This document shows positions 39,151 to 50,599 of a DNA stretch of 59,520 nucleotides, in pieces; the first letter of the stretch is position 1; the number at the start of each line of letters is the position of its first letter. A program made the position numbers and the translations under genes. Location: NCBI RefSeq assembly GCF_004010195.1, contig NC_057759.1, positions 5,796,936-5,856,455 of the forward strand, written 5' to 3'. This stretch comes from Chiloscyllium plagiosum (taxonomy: Eukaryota). Under the pieces are notes generated by a model that saw only the letters and a program-made list of their open reading frames with translations, did no database searches and was not told the DNA's origin.

Positions 39151-39713
39151 ACCTGTTTAGGTGGGGACCAGTAACCGAGTCAATTTCTGTAAAGGAATAC
39201 CTGAAAGCACCCCCTTCAAGCTGGGGTTAAATTCTAATCTGTACAGTATTAATGAAAGCATCATCATGACCTCAGTCTTGCATTTATTGGTTGTTAGCTT
39301 GTCTCAGTGGATAACACCCTCACCTCCCAGATCATAGACTTAGAATCATAGAGGTCTACAAGTGAAATATTTCCTTCATTTCTACTGTCTCCAGACCCCC
39401 TTGTAATTTTATAGTCTGCAATTAAATCTCTCCTTAGCTTCTTGTGTTCTGAAGAAAATTAGGTCAGTCTTTCCCAGACTTTCTCATCACAAAAATTCTC
39501 CAGTTCCAGCAACACCCAGGTAAATTTCTATCAAACGCTCTTGAATCCAATCACACCTTTCTGACTGTGGTCTGACTGAGTTTTATACAGTTTCAGTAGT
39601 TCACCTCCCCATCTGACATACCCTGCACTTACAGATGACACCAGGGGAGAGGATGTAATGGGTCAAGTTCAGAGATTAACGCTTAGGATATGTTTCTAAC
39701 CCAATGTGTACAG

Positions 39714-39870
39714 GTTGAGACGATCGGAGATGCATACATGGTTGTTGCAGGAGTCCCAGAAAAAACTAAATATCATGCCCACAACATCTGTGACATGGCT
39801 CTAGACATGGTTCGGTCAATAGATCACCTCAAAGATCCATCCACTGGGAATAACATCCAAATCCGTGTTG
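39714..39870 (+). CDS. Atypical soluble guanylyl cyclase, catalytic-domain exon B
   Basis: tacag|GTT...G|gtgagt, 157 nt, phase 0/1: [52 protein letters not shown]. Completes the [10 protein letters not shown] motif with exon A. Confidence 0.93.
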
Positions 39871-39899
39871 GTGAGTCCCACAGTGCAGGGAAAAAAGGA

Positions 39900-40380
39900 T
39901 TACTGTGAAGTAGGAAGCACTGGTTGGTGGGAGTGGAAAATTGGAAATTATCTTAGGAATTGATGGGAATGCGAGAGTGTTAGGAAAAATTGGTGGTCAA
40001 TGGGAGTAGGAAGTGTTGGGAATGATATTTGGGATTGCAAATGCTTGATGGTGGTGGTGATAATTGGTGGGAATCAGAATACTGGGAACTATTAGCGGGA
40101 ATATTTTGAGGCACTGGGAATATTGATAATAATACATGGAAGTGCAGATAGTATGTGTGAGCCCAGCCAAAAGGTAGGAGTGAGGATAACAGGTGATATA
40201 GAGGATGTTCGATGGGTGTGGGAATTTTGATGGAAGTAAGAATTCTTACTGGGGATGAGAAATGCTGAGAATGATAGGTGACAGTTGGAACGTTTATTGG
40301 GAATGGAATGTTGGGAATGTTAGGAGGAAGTGAGTTAATTGGTGTGAATGTGGATAACAGGAGGACATATGGACAAGAGG
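39900..40380. repeat. G/A/T-rich (GGAATG/TTGG-like) low-complexity tract
   Basis: C-poor tract just after cyclase exon B. Confidence 0.7.
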
Positions 40381-40384
40381 TGGT

Positions 40385-40830
40385 ATAGAAACATAGTAAA
40401 TACGTGTAGGAGTAGGCTATTCAGCCCTTTGAGCCTGCTCAACCATTCAACATGATCATGGTTGATCATGCAATTTTTGTATGCCATTCCGACCCCCACC
40501 CCCCCTACTCCTTGATCCCTTTAATCACAAGTGCCAAGTCCAGCTCCCTCTTGAACTAATGAACTGGCTCCAACAGCTTCCTGTGGGAGAGAATTCGACA
40601 GGTTCACAACTCTCTGAGTGAAGAAATTCTTCCTCATCTCAGGCCTGAATGGCTTACCCCTTATTCTTAGACTGTGATCCCTAGTTCTGGACTTCCCCAA
40701 CAACGATAACATTCTCCCCCCATCTAGCCCTCCCAATCCCATTAGGATTTTATATGTTTCTATGAGATCCCCCCTCATTCTTCAAAATCCAGTGAGTGCA
40801 AGTCCAGTTGATTCAATCCTTCATATGTGA
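40385..40830 (-). mobile_element. CR1 LINE 3' fragment
   Basis: MRGDLIETYKIL...FFTQRVVNL. Confidence 0.88.
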
Positions 40831-42352
40831 TGTTGCGGATGGTTTAAACTAATATGACAGGGAGATGGGAACTAATAAAACAGGGAGGGGGAGAGAAGTA
40901 AAGTGGGGACAGAAACAAAGGACAGAAAAGGGAAAAAGCGAATGTGGAAGGCAGAGAAACCAGATAAAAATCAAAAAGGGCCACATTTCACAATGATTCT
41001 AAAAGGGCAATAAATGTCAAGTAAATGAGCCTGAAGGCTCTATCTCTCAATGCAAGGAGCATTTGTAATAAGATGGAAGAATTAACTGTGCTGACAGTTA
41101 TTAATAAATATGATGTAATTGGGATCTGAGACCTGGCATCAGGGTGACCAAGGATGGGAACTCTATGTCAGGGTTATTCAATTTTGAGGAAAGATGGCAA
41201 TGGGAGGTGGGGTAGTGTTGCACATTAAGGAGGAGATTAACACAATAGTAAGGAAAGACATTAGCCTCGACGATGTGGAATCTGTATGGGAGGAGCTGCG
41301 GAACACCAAAGGGATGAAGATGTTGGTGGGAATTGTGTACAGACTAGCAAACAGTGGTTTTGAGGCATCAAACAAGAAATTAGAGATGTGTACAGTAAGA
41401 GTACAACAGTTATGGGTGACTTCAATCTACATATTGATTGGACTAACCAAACTGGCAGCAATGCAATGGAGGAGAATTTTGTGGAATGTATGAGAGTTGG
41501 CTTCCTCAACCAATATGACAAGGAACCAACTGGAGAACAAGTCATCCTAGACTGGGTATTGTGTAACGAGAGGGGATTAATTAGCAACAAAATCCTTGAG
41601 GGAAGAGAGACCAAAATATGGTAGAATTCTTCATTCAGGTGGAGTGCAACACAATTAAATCTGAGACTAAGGTCCTGAACTTAAAGAAAACTAATTTTGG
41701 TGGTATGAGGCATGCATTGGCTGGGGTAAACTGGCTAAGGATACTTAACGGATTAGTGGTGGATAGGCAATGGCAGGCATTTACAGAACACATGGATGGA
41801 CTTCAATAATTGGACATCCCTGTCTGGTGTAAGGTGGCCTAACCATGGCTAACAAGGGATATCAGGAACAGTGGTAAAGCCAAAGCATATAAATTGGCCA
41901 GAAAAAGCAGCTAACACAACAACTGGGAGAAATTAAAAATTCAGCAGAGGAAGTCAAAGTGTTTAATTCGGAAAGGGAAAGTAGAATACAATAGTCAGCT
42001 TACGGAAAATGTACAAACTGACTGCAAAAGCTTCTGTACATAGGTGAAGAGAAAAGGGCTGATAAAGACAACTGCAGGTCCCTTACATTTAGAATCAGGT
42101 GAATCATAATGGACAACAAAGAGATGGCAGACCAGTTGAGCAAGTACTTTGCATCTGTCTTTACGAAGGAAGACACAGGTAACTTTCAGGAAATGCTAGG
42201 GGTCAGAGGGTCAAGCATGAAGGAGGAACTGAGAAAATCCTTATTAGTCAGGAAATGGAATTGGGGAGATTGATGGGATTAAAACCCAATAACTCCCCAG
42301 AGCCTGATGCTCTGCATCCCAGAGTATTTTATGAAGTGGGAGTATTTTAGTG

Positions 42353-42673
42353 GGTGGCACGGTGGCACAGTGGTTAGCACTGCTGCCTCACAGCACCAGA
42401 GACCCGGGTTCAATTCCCGCCTCAGGCGACTGACTGTGTGGAATTTGCACATTCTCCCCGTGTCTGCGTGGGTTTTCTCTGGGTGCTCCGGTTTCCTCCC
42501 ACAGTCCAAAAATGTGCAGATTAGGTGAATTGGCTATGCTAAATTGTCCGTAGTGTTAGGTGCAGGGGTAAATGTAGGGGAATGGGTCTGGGTGGGTGCG
42601 CTTCGGCGGGTCGGTGTGGACTTGTTGGGCTGAAGGGCCTGTTTCTACGGTGTAAGTAATCTAATCTAATCTA
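42353..42673 (+). mobile_element. HE1-type SINE, full length
   Basis: A/B boxes, core, (TAATC)n tail. Confidence 0.93.
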
Positions 42674-43575
42674 GAAGTGGCCATAGAAATAACAGATGCA
42701 TTGGTGACCATTTTCCAGCATTCTGTAGACACTGGAAGTGTTCCAATGGAATGGAGGGTAGCTAATGTAAATCCACTCTTTAAAAAAGGAGGCAGAGAGA
42801 AAATGGGGAATTTTAGATCATTTAGCCTGACATTGGTGAGGAAAATGGTGAAGTCAATTACTAATGAATTAATAACTTATAATTTGGAAATTAGTGACAG
42901 AATTTGTCCAAGTCAGCATCAATTCACTAAAGGGAAATCATGCTTGACAAATCTTTTGGAATTTTTTGAGGATGTGACTATTAGAGTGAATTAGTAGATG
43001 TTGTGTATCTGGACTTGTGAAAGGCTTTTGGCAAGATTCTACACAAGAGATTAGGAAGGAAAATTAAAGCTCATGGTGTCAGAGGTAATATATTGACATG
43101 GATGGAGAACTGGCGGGCAGGCAGAAAGCCGAGAATTGGAATAAACGGGTCCTTTTCAGAGTGATAAATGGGATACGGGTCCTTTTCAGAGTGGCAGGCA
43201 GTGATAAGTGGGATACTGGGACCTCAGCTGTTCACAATATACATTAATGATTTGGATGAAGGAATTGAGTAATATATCTCCAAATTTGTAGATGACACTA
43301 AACTGGGTGGCAGTGTGTGCTGTGAGGAGGCTGTTAAGAGGCTGCAGGGTGACTTGGACAGACTGGCTGAGTGGGCAAATATTTGGTAATTGCAATGTAA
43401 TGTGGACAAATATCCACTTTGGTCACAAAATCAGGAATGCAGATTTTTATCTGAATGGTGGCTGTTTAGGAAAAGGTGAGGTGACAGTGGCTGAAGGTTG
43501 ACATGGAGGTGCAGCATTCTGGATCAGTGGTGCTGGAAGGGCACAGCAATTCAGGCAGCATCCGAGGACAGGCAA

Positions 43576-43611
43576 AATCGACGTTTCGGGCAAAAGCCCT
43601 TCATCAGGAAT
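43576..43611 (-). ncRNA. Minimal hammerhead ribozyme motif (intact core, opposite strand)
   Basis: Reverse complement reads cctgatgaagggcttttgcccgaaacgtcgat. Confidence 0.8.
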
Positions 43612-43785
43612 AAAGGCAGAGAGCCTGAAGCGTGGAGAGATAAGCTACCCTCTCAGGCAACATGTTCCATATTTGACCCATCCCCTGGGTAATTTGCTTT
43701 TCCATCAGATCCTCGCGAAATGCTTCATTTTTCACTTTAACCTTAATTCAATTGGTCTAAGACATGCTTCAGGCTCTCTGCCTTT

Positions 43786-43821
43786 ATTCCTGATGAAGGG
43801 CTTTTGCCCGAAACGTCGATT
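43786..43821 (+). ncRNA. Minimal hammerhead ribozyme motif (intact core)
   Basis: CTGATGA (43790-43796), GGGC-TTTT-GCCC, GAAA (43810-43813), C-GTC. Confidence 0.8.
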
Positions 43822-44097
43822 TTGCCTGTCCTCGGATGCTGCCTGAATTGCTGTGCTCTTCCAGCACCACTGATCCAGAATCTGGTTTCCAGCATCTGCA
43901 GTCATTGTTTTTACCCCATGGAGGTGCAGCAGGCAATGAGGAAAGCTCATGGCATGCTGGCCTTCATTCTGAGAGGATTTGAGTATCAGAGTAAGGATAT
44001 CTTGCTGCAGTTATACAGGGCTTTGGTGAGGCCACACCTTGAGTATTGTATTTTGGTCTCCTAGTCTGAGGAAGGACATTCTTGCAATTGAGAGAGT

Positions 44098-45390
44098 CCC
44101 CAGGGCTGTGTGATCAGTTCATCCTGCTGACACACGACTGTGCAGCGATGCATCGGTTGAATCACATCATCAAGTTCGTGAATGATATGACTGTAGTGGA
44201 TCTCAGCACGAACAACGACTCAGTGTAAGGAGAGGAGGTGCAGCAGCTAACAGACTCGTACAAAGTGGACAAGATGCAAGAGATGGTTGTTGACTTCAGG
44301 AGGGCACGGAGCAACCACTCTCCACTGGGCATTGATGGCTCCCCCATGGAGATCGTGACGAGCACCAAATTTCTTGGCGTACACCTGGCGGAGAATCTCA
44401 CCTGGATCCTCAACACCAGCTCCATAGCCAAGTAAGATAAGCAGCATCTCTATTTTCTGTGCAGGCTGAGGAAAGCCCACTTCCCACCTCCTAATTCTCA
44501 CCACATTCTACAAAGCGTTTATTCAGAGCATCCTGAGCTGGTTCGGGAATTGCACCATCTTGGAGTGTAAGATGCTACAACGGATAGTGAGGACAGCTGA
44601 GAAGATCTTCGGGGTCTCTTTTCCCTCCATTACTGACATTTACACCGCACGCTGCATCTGAAAGGCTCAGAGCATTGTGGAAGACCCCATGCACCCCTCA
44701 CACAGATTCTTCTCCCTCCTGCCATCTGGCAGAAGATACCGGAGCGTTCGGTCTTTCATGGCCAGGCTGTGCACCAGTTTCTTCCCCATAGCCATCAGGC
44801 TCCTTAACACAGTATGAGTGGACACTTTCCCATCTGTCATTCTTTGAAACGATTAGAAAAATGTCTATTATTTATCATTTTGCTATTACACTGTAACTTA
44901 CATGTTTCAATTTTTTTTAGATTTAGATTACTTACAGTGTGGAAAAGGGCCCTTTGGCCTAACAAGTCCACACCGACCCTCTGAAGAGTAAGCCACCCAG
45001 ACCCATTCCACTACATTTATCCCTTCACCTAACACTAGCACGGCCAATTCACCTAACCTGCACATTTTTGGACCGTGGGAGGAAACCAGAGCATCTGGAG
45101 GAAACCCATGCAGACACGGGGAGAATGTGCAAACTCCACACAGACAGTTGCTTGAGGCAGGAATTGAACCCAGGTCTCTGGCGCTGTGAGGCAGCAGTGC
45201 TAACCACTGTGCCACTGTGCCACCGTGCCACCCAAAGTGTTTTGCACTTCTTATGCACTTTGTGCTGTGTATGATTGTGTAATTTGTGCTGTCCATGTAG
45301 CTCCCTCAGTTTTGGAGGAATGCTGTCTCGTTTTTACTGTATCAGTTATATACAGTACAAATGACAAGTAAAAAGCTGCTCTACTCTATT
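44098..45390 (+). mobile_element. Rex1/Babar-like LINE 3' part with an inserted HE1 SINE (~44918-45232, minus)
   Basis: KMQEMVVDFRRA...KFLGVHLAENLTW, typical of this clade's RT C-terminus; the SINE matches the family consensus. Confidence 0.78.
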
Positions 45391-46254
45391 CTTCTCCACC
45401 GAAGGTTCACCAGACTGATTTGCAGGATGGCAGGACTGACATATGAGGAAAGATTGGGTTGACTGGGCTTGCACTCACTGGAATTTAGAAGAATGAGGGG
45501 GGAGCTCATTGAAACATACAAAATCCTGATGGGATTGTATAGGCTAGATGGGAAGAATGTTCCTGATGTTGGGGAAATCCAGAACTCAAGGTCACAACAT
45601 AGGGGGCAAGTCATACTGGACTGAGGATCTCTTCACTCATAGAGTTGTGAACCCGTGGAATTCTCTCCCACAGGAAGCTGTTGGGTTGAGTTCATTATAT
45701 ATAGTCAAGAGGGAGCCGGACATGGCGGGGAGGGTGAGAATGGGACACTTGGATTTCATGATCATCCATGATCATATTGAAGGGCCTATTCCTGCACCTA
45801 TTTTCTGTGTTTATCTGCTGACTGTGACATTATAGTTCAATTTCCTTCTACTTTGTCCTTGTGCCTTCAGCAGCTGCAGTAGTTCATTCCTCATCCGACT
45901 GCCTTACCTCGTTGTTAATTGCCCTTCCCACCAAAGTCCAGTACTCACCAAAACCTATAGTTAATCCTCCAGCAGCACTTCAACCGCAAACCAGCTCTTC
46001 TCAAAATGGTCACTCCACTATAGCTTGCCACTTTTAATTCACTCCTGGGCAGCCGCTGGTTGCTGAGCAGATTCCTTTCAGAATCCTCGTCCTCCTCCTC
46101 TATTGCTTCTCAGCAGTGCTCTCTGTTGGATGCTTTTGTACTGTTCATTGACAGCAGCTCTCCTGTGCTCTCCTCCTTGGTCATGTTGACTGAGCCATCG
46201 CCTCCCAGAATCCTCCTCAGTTGCCTCTCAGCAGCACCGTCTGTTGATCAAAGA

Positions 46255-46620
46255 ATGTTTGGTAGGAGTGGGAATTCTTAGCGAGAGTGGGGAATGCTGG
46301 GAATGATAGTGGGAGTGGGAATGTTTGGTGGGAATGGAAATGTTAGGAATGGTAGGTGAGAGTGTGAATAATAGGTGGTATTGGAAATGTTTGGTGGAAG
46401 TTGAATTGCTGGAAATGATTGGTAGGAGTGGCCATGATTGATGGGAGTGGGACTGTTGGTAATGATTGGTGGGAGTGGGAATGTTTGGTGGAAGATGGAA
46501 TGTTTGGTGGAAGAGGGAATGTTGGGAATGATAGGAGTGTCGATGATAGTTGGCATTGAGGATGTTTGATGAGAGTTGGACTGATTATCGGAAGTGGGAA
46601 TGTTGGGAATGAATGCTTGG
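46255..46620. repeat. G/A/T-rich (GGGAATGTTGG-like) low-complexity tract
   Basis: C-poor tract just before cyclase exon C. Confidence 0.75.
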
Positions 46621-46666
46621 AGTTCCACCGAGTTCCAACCTCACTTCCTTTTGTCTTGCTGACTAG

Positions 46667-46776
46667 GTATCCACTCTGGGATGGTAGTAGCAGGGGTGGT
46701 GGGTCACAGGATGCCACGGTTTGGACTGTATGGAGACACTGTCCACACTGCATCAGCCATGGAAAGTAATGGCAAG
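46667..46776 (+). CDS. Atypical soluble guanylyl cyclase, catalytic-domain exon C
   Basis: gactag|GT...AAG|gtaagt, 110 nt, phase 1/0: [37 protein letters not shown]. Phase is compatible with exon B. Confidence 0.92.
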
Positions 46777-48609
46777 GTAAGTCTTCAGCATCTCGAACAA
46801 GGAAATACAATGTGTAACCTGTCCTTGCAATGTAGCCCTTTTAACTTGATATCACTTTGGATAGTCTGCACTGTCCCCTCTCCCAGGCATGTCCATCCTT
46901 CCTGAACTGCTGTGTCGACATGTGAATACTGTACTGTTCTGTTTCTGAACACTTAAGTCTCTTTGTGTTCAATGTTATGATTGCATCTAATGGCAATACT
47001 GAACAAGTCAGGTCTCAGTGTGCAATCTGGCTTTACAGGTCTTAAGTATTATTTTGTCTGTTTGATTACCATGTTAGTCAGTCATTGAATGCATTCACAA
47101 GAGGCTGCCAATGTACTTTTAACAAAAGAGCATATGTTTATTACACAAAAAAGAAAAAAAATTGTCAAAACTAAAAATATATATATAAAAAATAATAATT
47201 TTGAAAAACTTATCTTAAATAAAAAGAAAGATTCAACCTACTTTCCCAGAATACCCTTCACAGACCAGTGAAGTGTTACCCTTATTCGTCACTCTAAAGC
47301 TTGTATGATTAACGAGGTCACCAGTGTTTTGTTTCTGTGACTTGCTGCACATTCACCAGATTTGACTCTCTTTGTCTCTCCTTAGCACACAGGGACTAGA
47401 CACTAACTCATTGACTTTTCTCATTGAAGTCTGAGGAAAAAAAAACAGGGCTTTTGCCAGTTACTTTGTTATTTTGTGCATCTTTCAATATGGATCTATT
47501 CTTCTGAACTGAATCTGCTTCTGTCTCTCTCTAGATTAGAATTCTTAACTGAGTAAACAGTTCAGCAATTATCTACCAGATAGCTTGTCCACTCATTTTG
47601 TAAAATATTTTTTATAGGCTGGAAAAATTCCATGATAACCCATATTTTTGCTTCACTAGGTGCTATCTTGCCTTGACCCAAACGTAACACAAAATATTTT
47701 TTATTCCAAATAGAATGATTTTACATTGATAAAGTCCATCCAAGTGTTACAAAAGTTGACACATCTCTGGCTCAATCAGTGAATGGAACTTGCCAGTTTC
47801 CTTTCACAAACAAATTGTTGTAACAAAACAATTTTCTAATTTTCTCAATATAATTCTCCAATTGTGGAATCAGATATGAATTCACTCTCATTAGGATGCT
47901 GACTTTGCATTAATCCCATGCACACTTGCTATGACTCAGCTGGTAGTATTGGCAGGATCACAGTAGGTGAGCTCCAACTACTGTGACTCAGGGTAATAAT
48001 ATCATTGTCCATTATGAACTCAATCTCTTCTCTCATTGAGCTAAATGCTCAGGTCCGTTTGGGATGGGCAATAAATGCTGACCTAGTCAACAATATTCAC
48101 ATGCCATCCACTAATTTAAATAGAGTCTATAAGGGCATATTTCTTTAATGAAAAACACATCCCTACATTAACTTCATCTACAGCTGAAATTTATCTCCTG
48201 GCCTATTTACAAAATGTGATTAGTGAGTACATAAAAACTTATAGAAGTCATTTTGATAGTTTTTGGGAGAATAGTTTGCAGTCTTAAACACTTCTGTATT
48301 ATCCAATCTGAGTGAACAAAGAACAAAGAAGAACAAAGAAAAGTACAGCACAGGAACAGGTCCTTCGGCCCATGAAGCCTCTGCTGCCACATGACACCTT
48401 TCTATTCTAAAATCATTTTGCCTCCACATGGTTCCGATCCTTCTATTCCCATGCCTATTCGTGTCTCTGTCAAGATGCCTCTTAAGCGTTGCCATTGTAT
48501 CTGCTTCTATCACATCCTTTGTCAACACATTCCAGGCCTTAACACCTTTTGTGTTAAAAAAGAACTTGCCTCTCATATCTCCTTTAAATTTTCCCTCTTC
48601 TGTCCTATG

Positions 48610-49735
48610 AAAACAATTGATAAACGTTCACGGAATACAGGGAGAACTAGCTATTTGGATACAGAACTGGCTCAAAAGGTAGAAGACAGAGGGTGGTGGT
48701 GGAGGGTTGTTTTTCAGACTGGAGGCCTGAGACCAGTGGAGTGCCACAAGGATTGGTGCTGGGCCCTCTACTTTTTGTCATTTATATAAATGATTTGGAT
48801 GCGAGCATAAGAGGTACAGTTAGTACATTTGCAGATGACACCAAAATTGGAGGTGTAGTGGACAGTGGATAATCTGACAGTTATCTCAGATTACAACAGG
48901 ATCTTGACCAGATGGGCCAATGGGCTGAGAAATGGCAGATGGAGTTTAATTGTGAAGTGCTGTATTTTGGGAAAGCAAATCTTTGCAGGATTTATACACT
49001 TAATGGGCTAGGGAGTGTTGCTGAACAAAGAGACCTTGGAGTGCAGGTTCATAGCTCCTTGAAAGTGGAGTCGCAGATAGTGAAGAAGGCATTTGGTATG
49101 CTTTCCTTTATTGGTCAGATGATCGAGTACAGGTGTTGGGAGGTCATATTGCGGCTGTACAGGACATTGGTTAGGCCACTGTTGGAATATTGTGTGTAAT
49201 TCTGGTCTCCTTCCTATCAGAAAGATGTTGTGAAACTTGAAAGTGTTCAGAAAAGATTTACAAGGATGTTACCAGGGTTGGAGGATTCAAGCTATAGGGA
49301 GAGGCTGAACAGGCTGGGGCTGTCTTCCCTGGAGCGTCGGAAGCTGAGGGGTAACCTTATATAGGTTTACAAAATTATGAGGGGCATGGATAGGGTTAAA
49401 TAGGCAAAGTGTTTTCCCTGGGGTCGGGGAGTCCAGAACTAGAGGGCATAGGTTTAGGGTGAGAGGGGAAAGATATAAAAGATACCTACGGGCAACGTTT
49501 TCATGCAGAGGGTGGTATGTGTATGGAATGAGCTGCCAGAGGAAGTGGTGGAGGCTGGTACAATTGCAACATTTAAGAGGCATTTGGATGGTTATATGAA
49601 TAGGTAGGGTTTGGAGGGATATAGGTCGCGTGCTGGCAGGTGGGACTAGATTGGGTTGGGATATCTGGTCGGCATGGATGGGTTGGACCGAAGGGTCTGT
49701 TTCAATGCTGTACATCTCTATGACTCTATGACTCT
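48610..49735 (+). mobile_element. 5'-truncated CR1 LINE with (CTATGACT)n tail, inside a minus-strand CR1 (~48315-48600 and ~49750-50470)
   Basis: WAEKWQMEFN...LYRTLVRPLLEYCV; tail ctctatgactctatgactcta. Confidence 0.9.
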
Positions 49736-50599
49736 AATTGATACTTCAACGATGGGAAAAAGACTATTCTATGCATGCTTCTCATAATTTTGCCCCACTG
49801 CTTCCAATGTTCAAGTGAAAACAAATCAAGTTTGTTCAATCTATCCTCATGGCTGATACCCTCCAAATCAAGCAACACCCTAATAACCCTTGTCTATATC
49901 CTCTCAAAAACTTAGGTAGTGTGGCAACTAGGAGTGATGCAACACTCCAAGCGTGGCCTAACTGAAGTTCTATACAACTGCAACATGACTTGTCAATTTT
50001 TATACTCATTGTCCCAATTGATTTAGGCAAATGTCTTCTTGACCACCTTATCTACTTGTGGGTAACTCAATCAGATTTCTGAGACATGACCTCGCATGCA
50101 CAAAGAAATCCTGCCTATTTCTAATAAGCCCACATATTTCCAAATGTGAGTAAATCCTGTTCCTCAGAATTTTCTTCAATAATTTCCCTACCACTGATCT
50201 GAGGCTCACCAGCCTGTAATTTCTTGGATTGTTCCTGTTCCCCTTCTTAAACAAAGCAACAATATTGGGTATTCTCCAGTCTTCTGGGACCTCTCCTGCA
50301 AAGAGTTTATAAAGGTTTCGTACAAGGCCCCAACAGTTTCTTTCCTTGCCCCCCTCGGAATTCTTGTATGGATCCCATCAGGTCCAGAAGACTTGACTAC
50401 GGACTTGACTACCTAATGTTTTTCAAAACACTTAACACCTCCTCCCTTTTTACATTGCATGCCTTAGAAAATGAAAATACTTATCTTGAGACTCACCTCC
50501 TTCTCCTTTATGACGTGGAGATGCCGGTGTTGGACTGGGGCAGACAAAGTCATAAGTCAGACAACAACAGATTATAGTCCAACAGGTTTGTTTGAAATA

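Larger units (their letters stand above)
43517..43916. mobile_element. 400-bp Penelope-like mini-element with 115-bp inverted arms and a 15-bp TSD
   Basis: Arms 43517-43631 / 43766-43880; perfect TSD catggaggtgcagca at 43502-43516 and 43917-43931. Confidence 0.88.
40835..45815 (+). mobile_element. Long decayed CR1 LINE hosting nested SINE, PLE and Rex1/Babar-like insertions
   Basis: Collinear APE (GGGVVLHIK, VMGDFNLHIDW), RT (VPMEWRVANVNPLFKKG, FTKGKSCLTNLLEFFE) and C-terminus (LYRALVRPHLEYC), resuming at ~45400. Confidence 0.9.

Noticed and set aside
46050..46255. GC-balanced stretch that looked like an exon
   Set aside because: No cyclase similarity and no convincing splice pair; the minus-strand frames I read contain stops. 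Exons B and C join without it.
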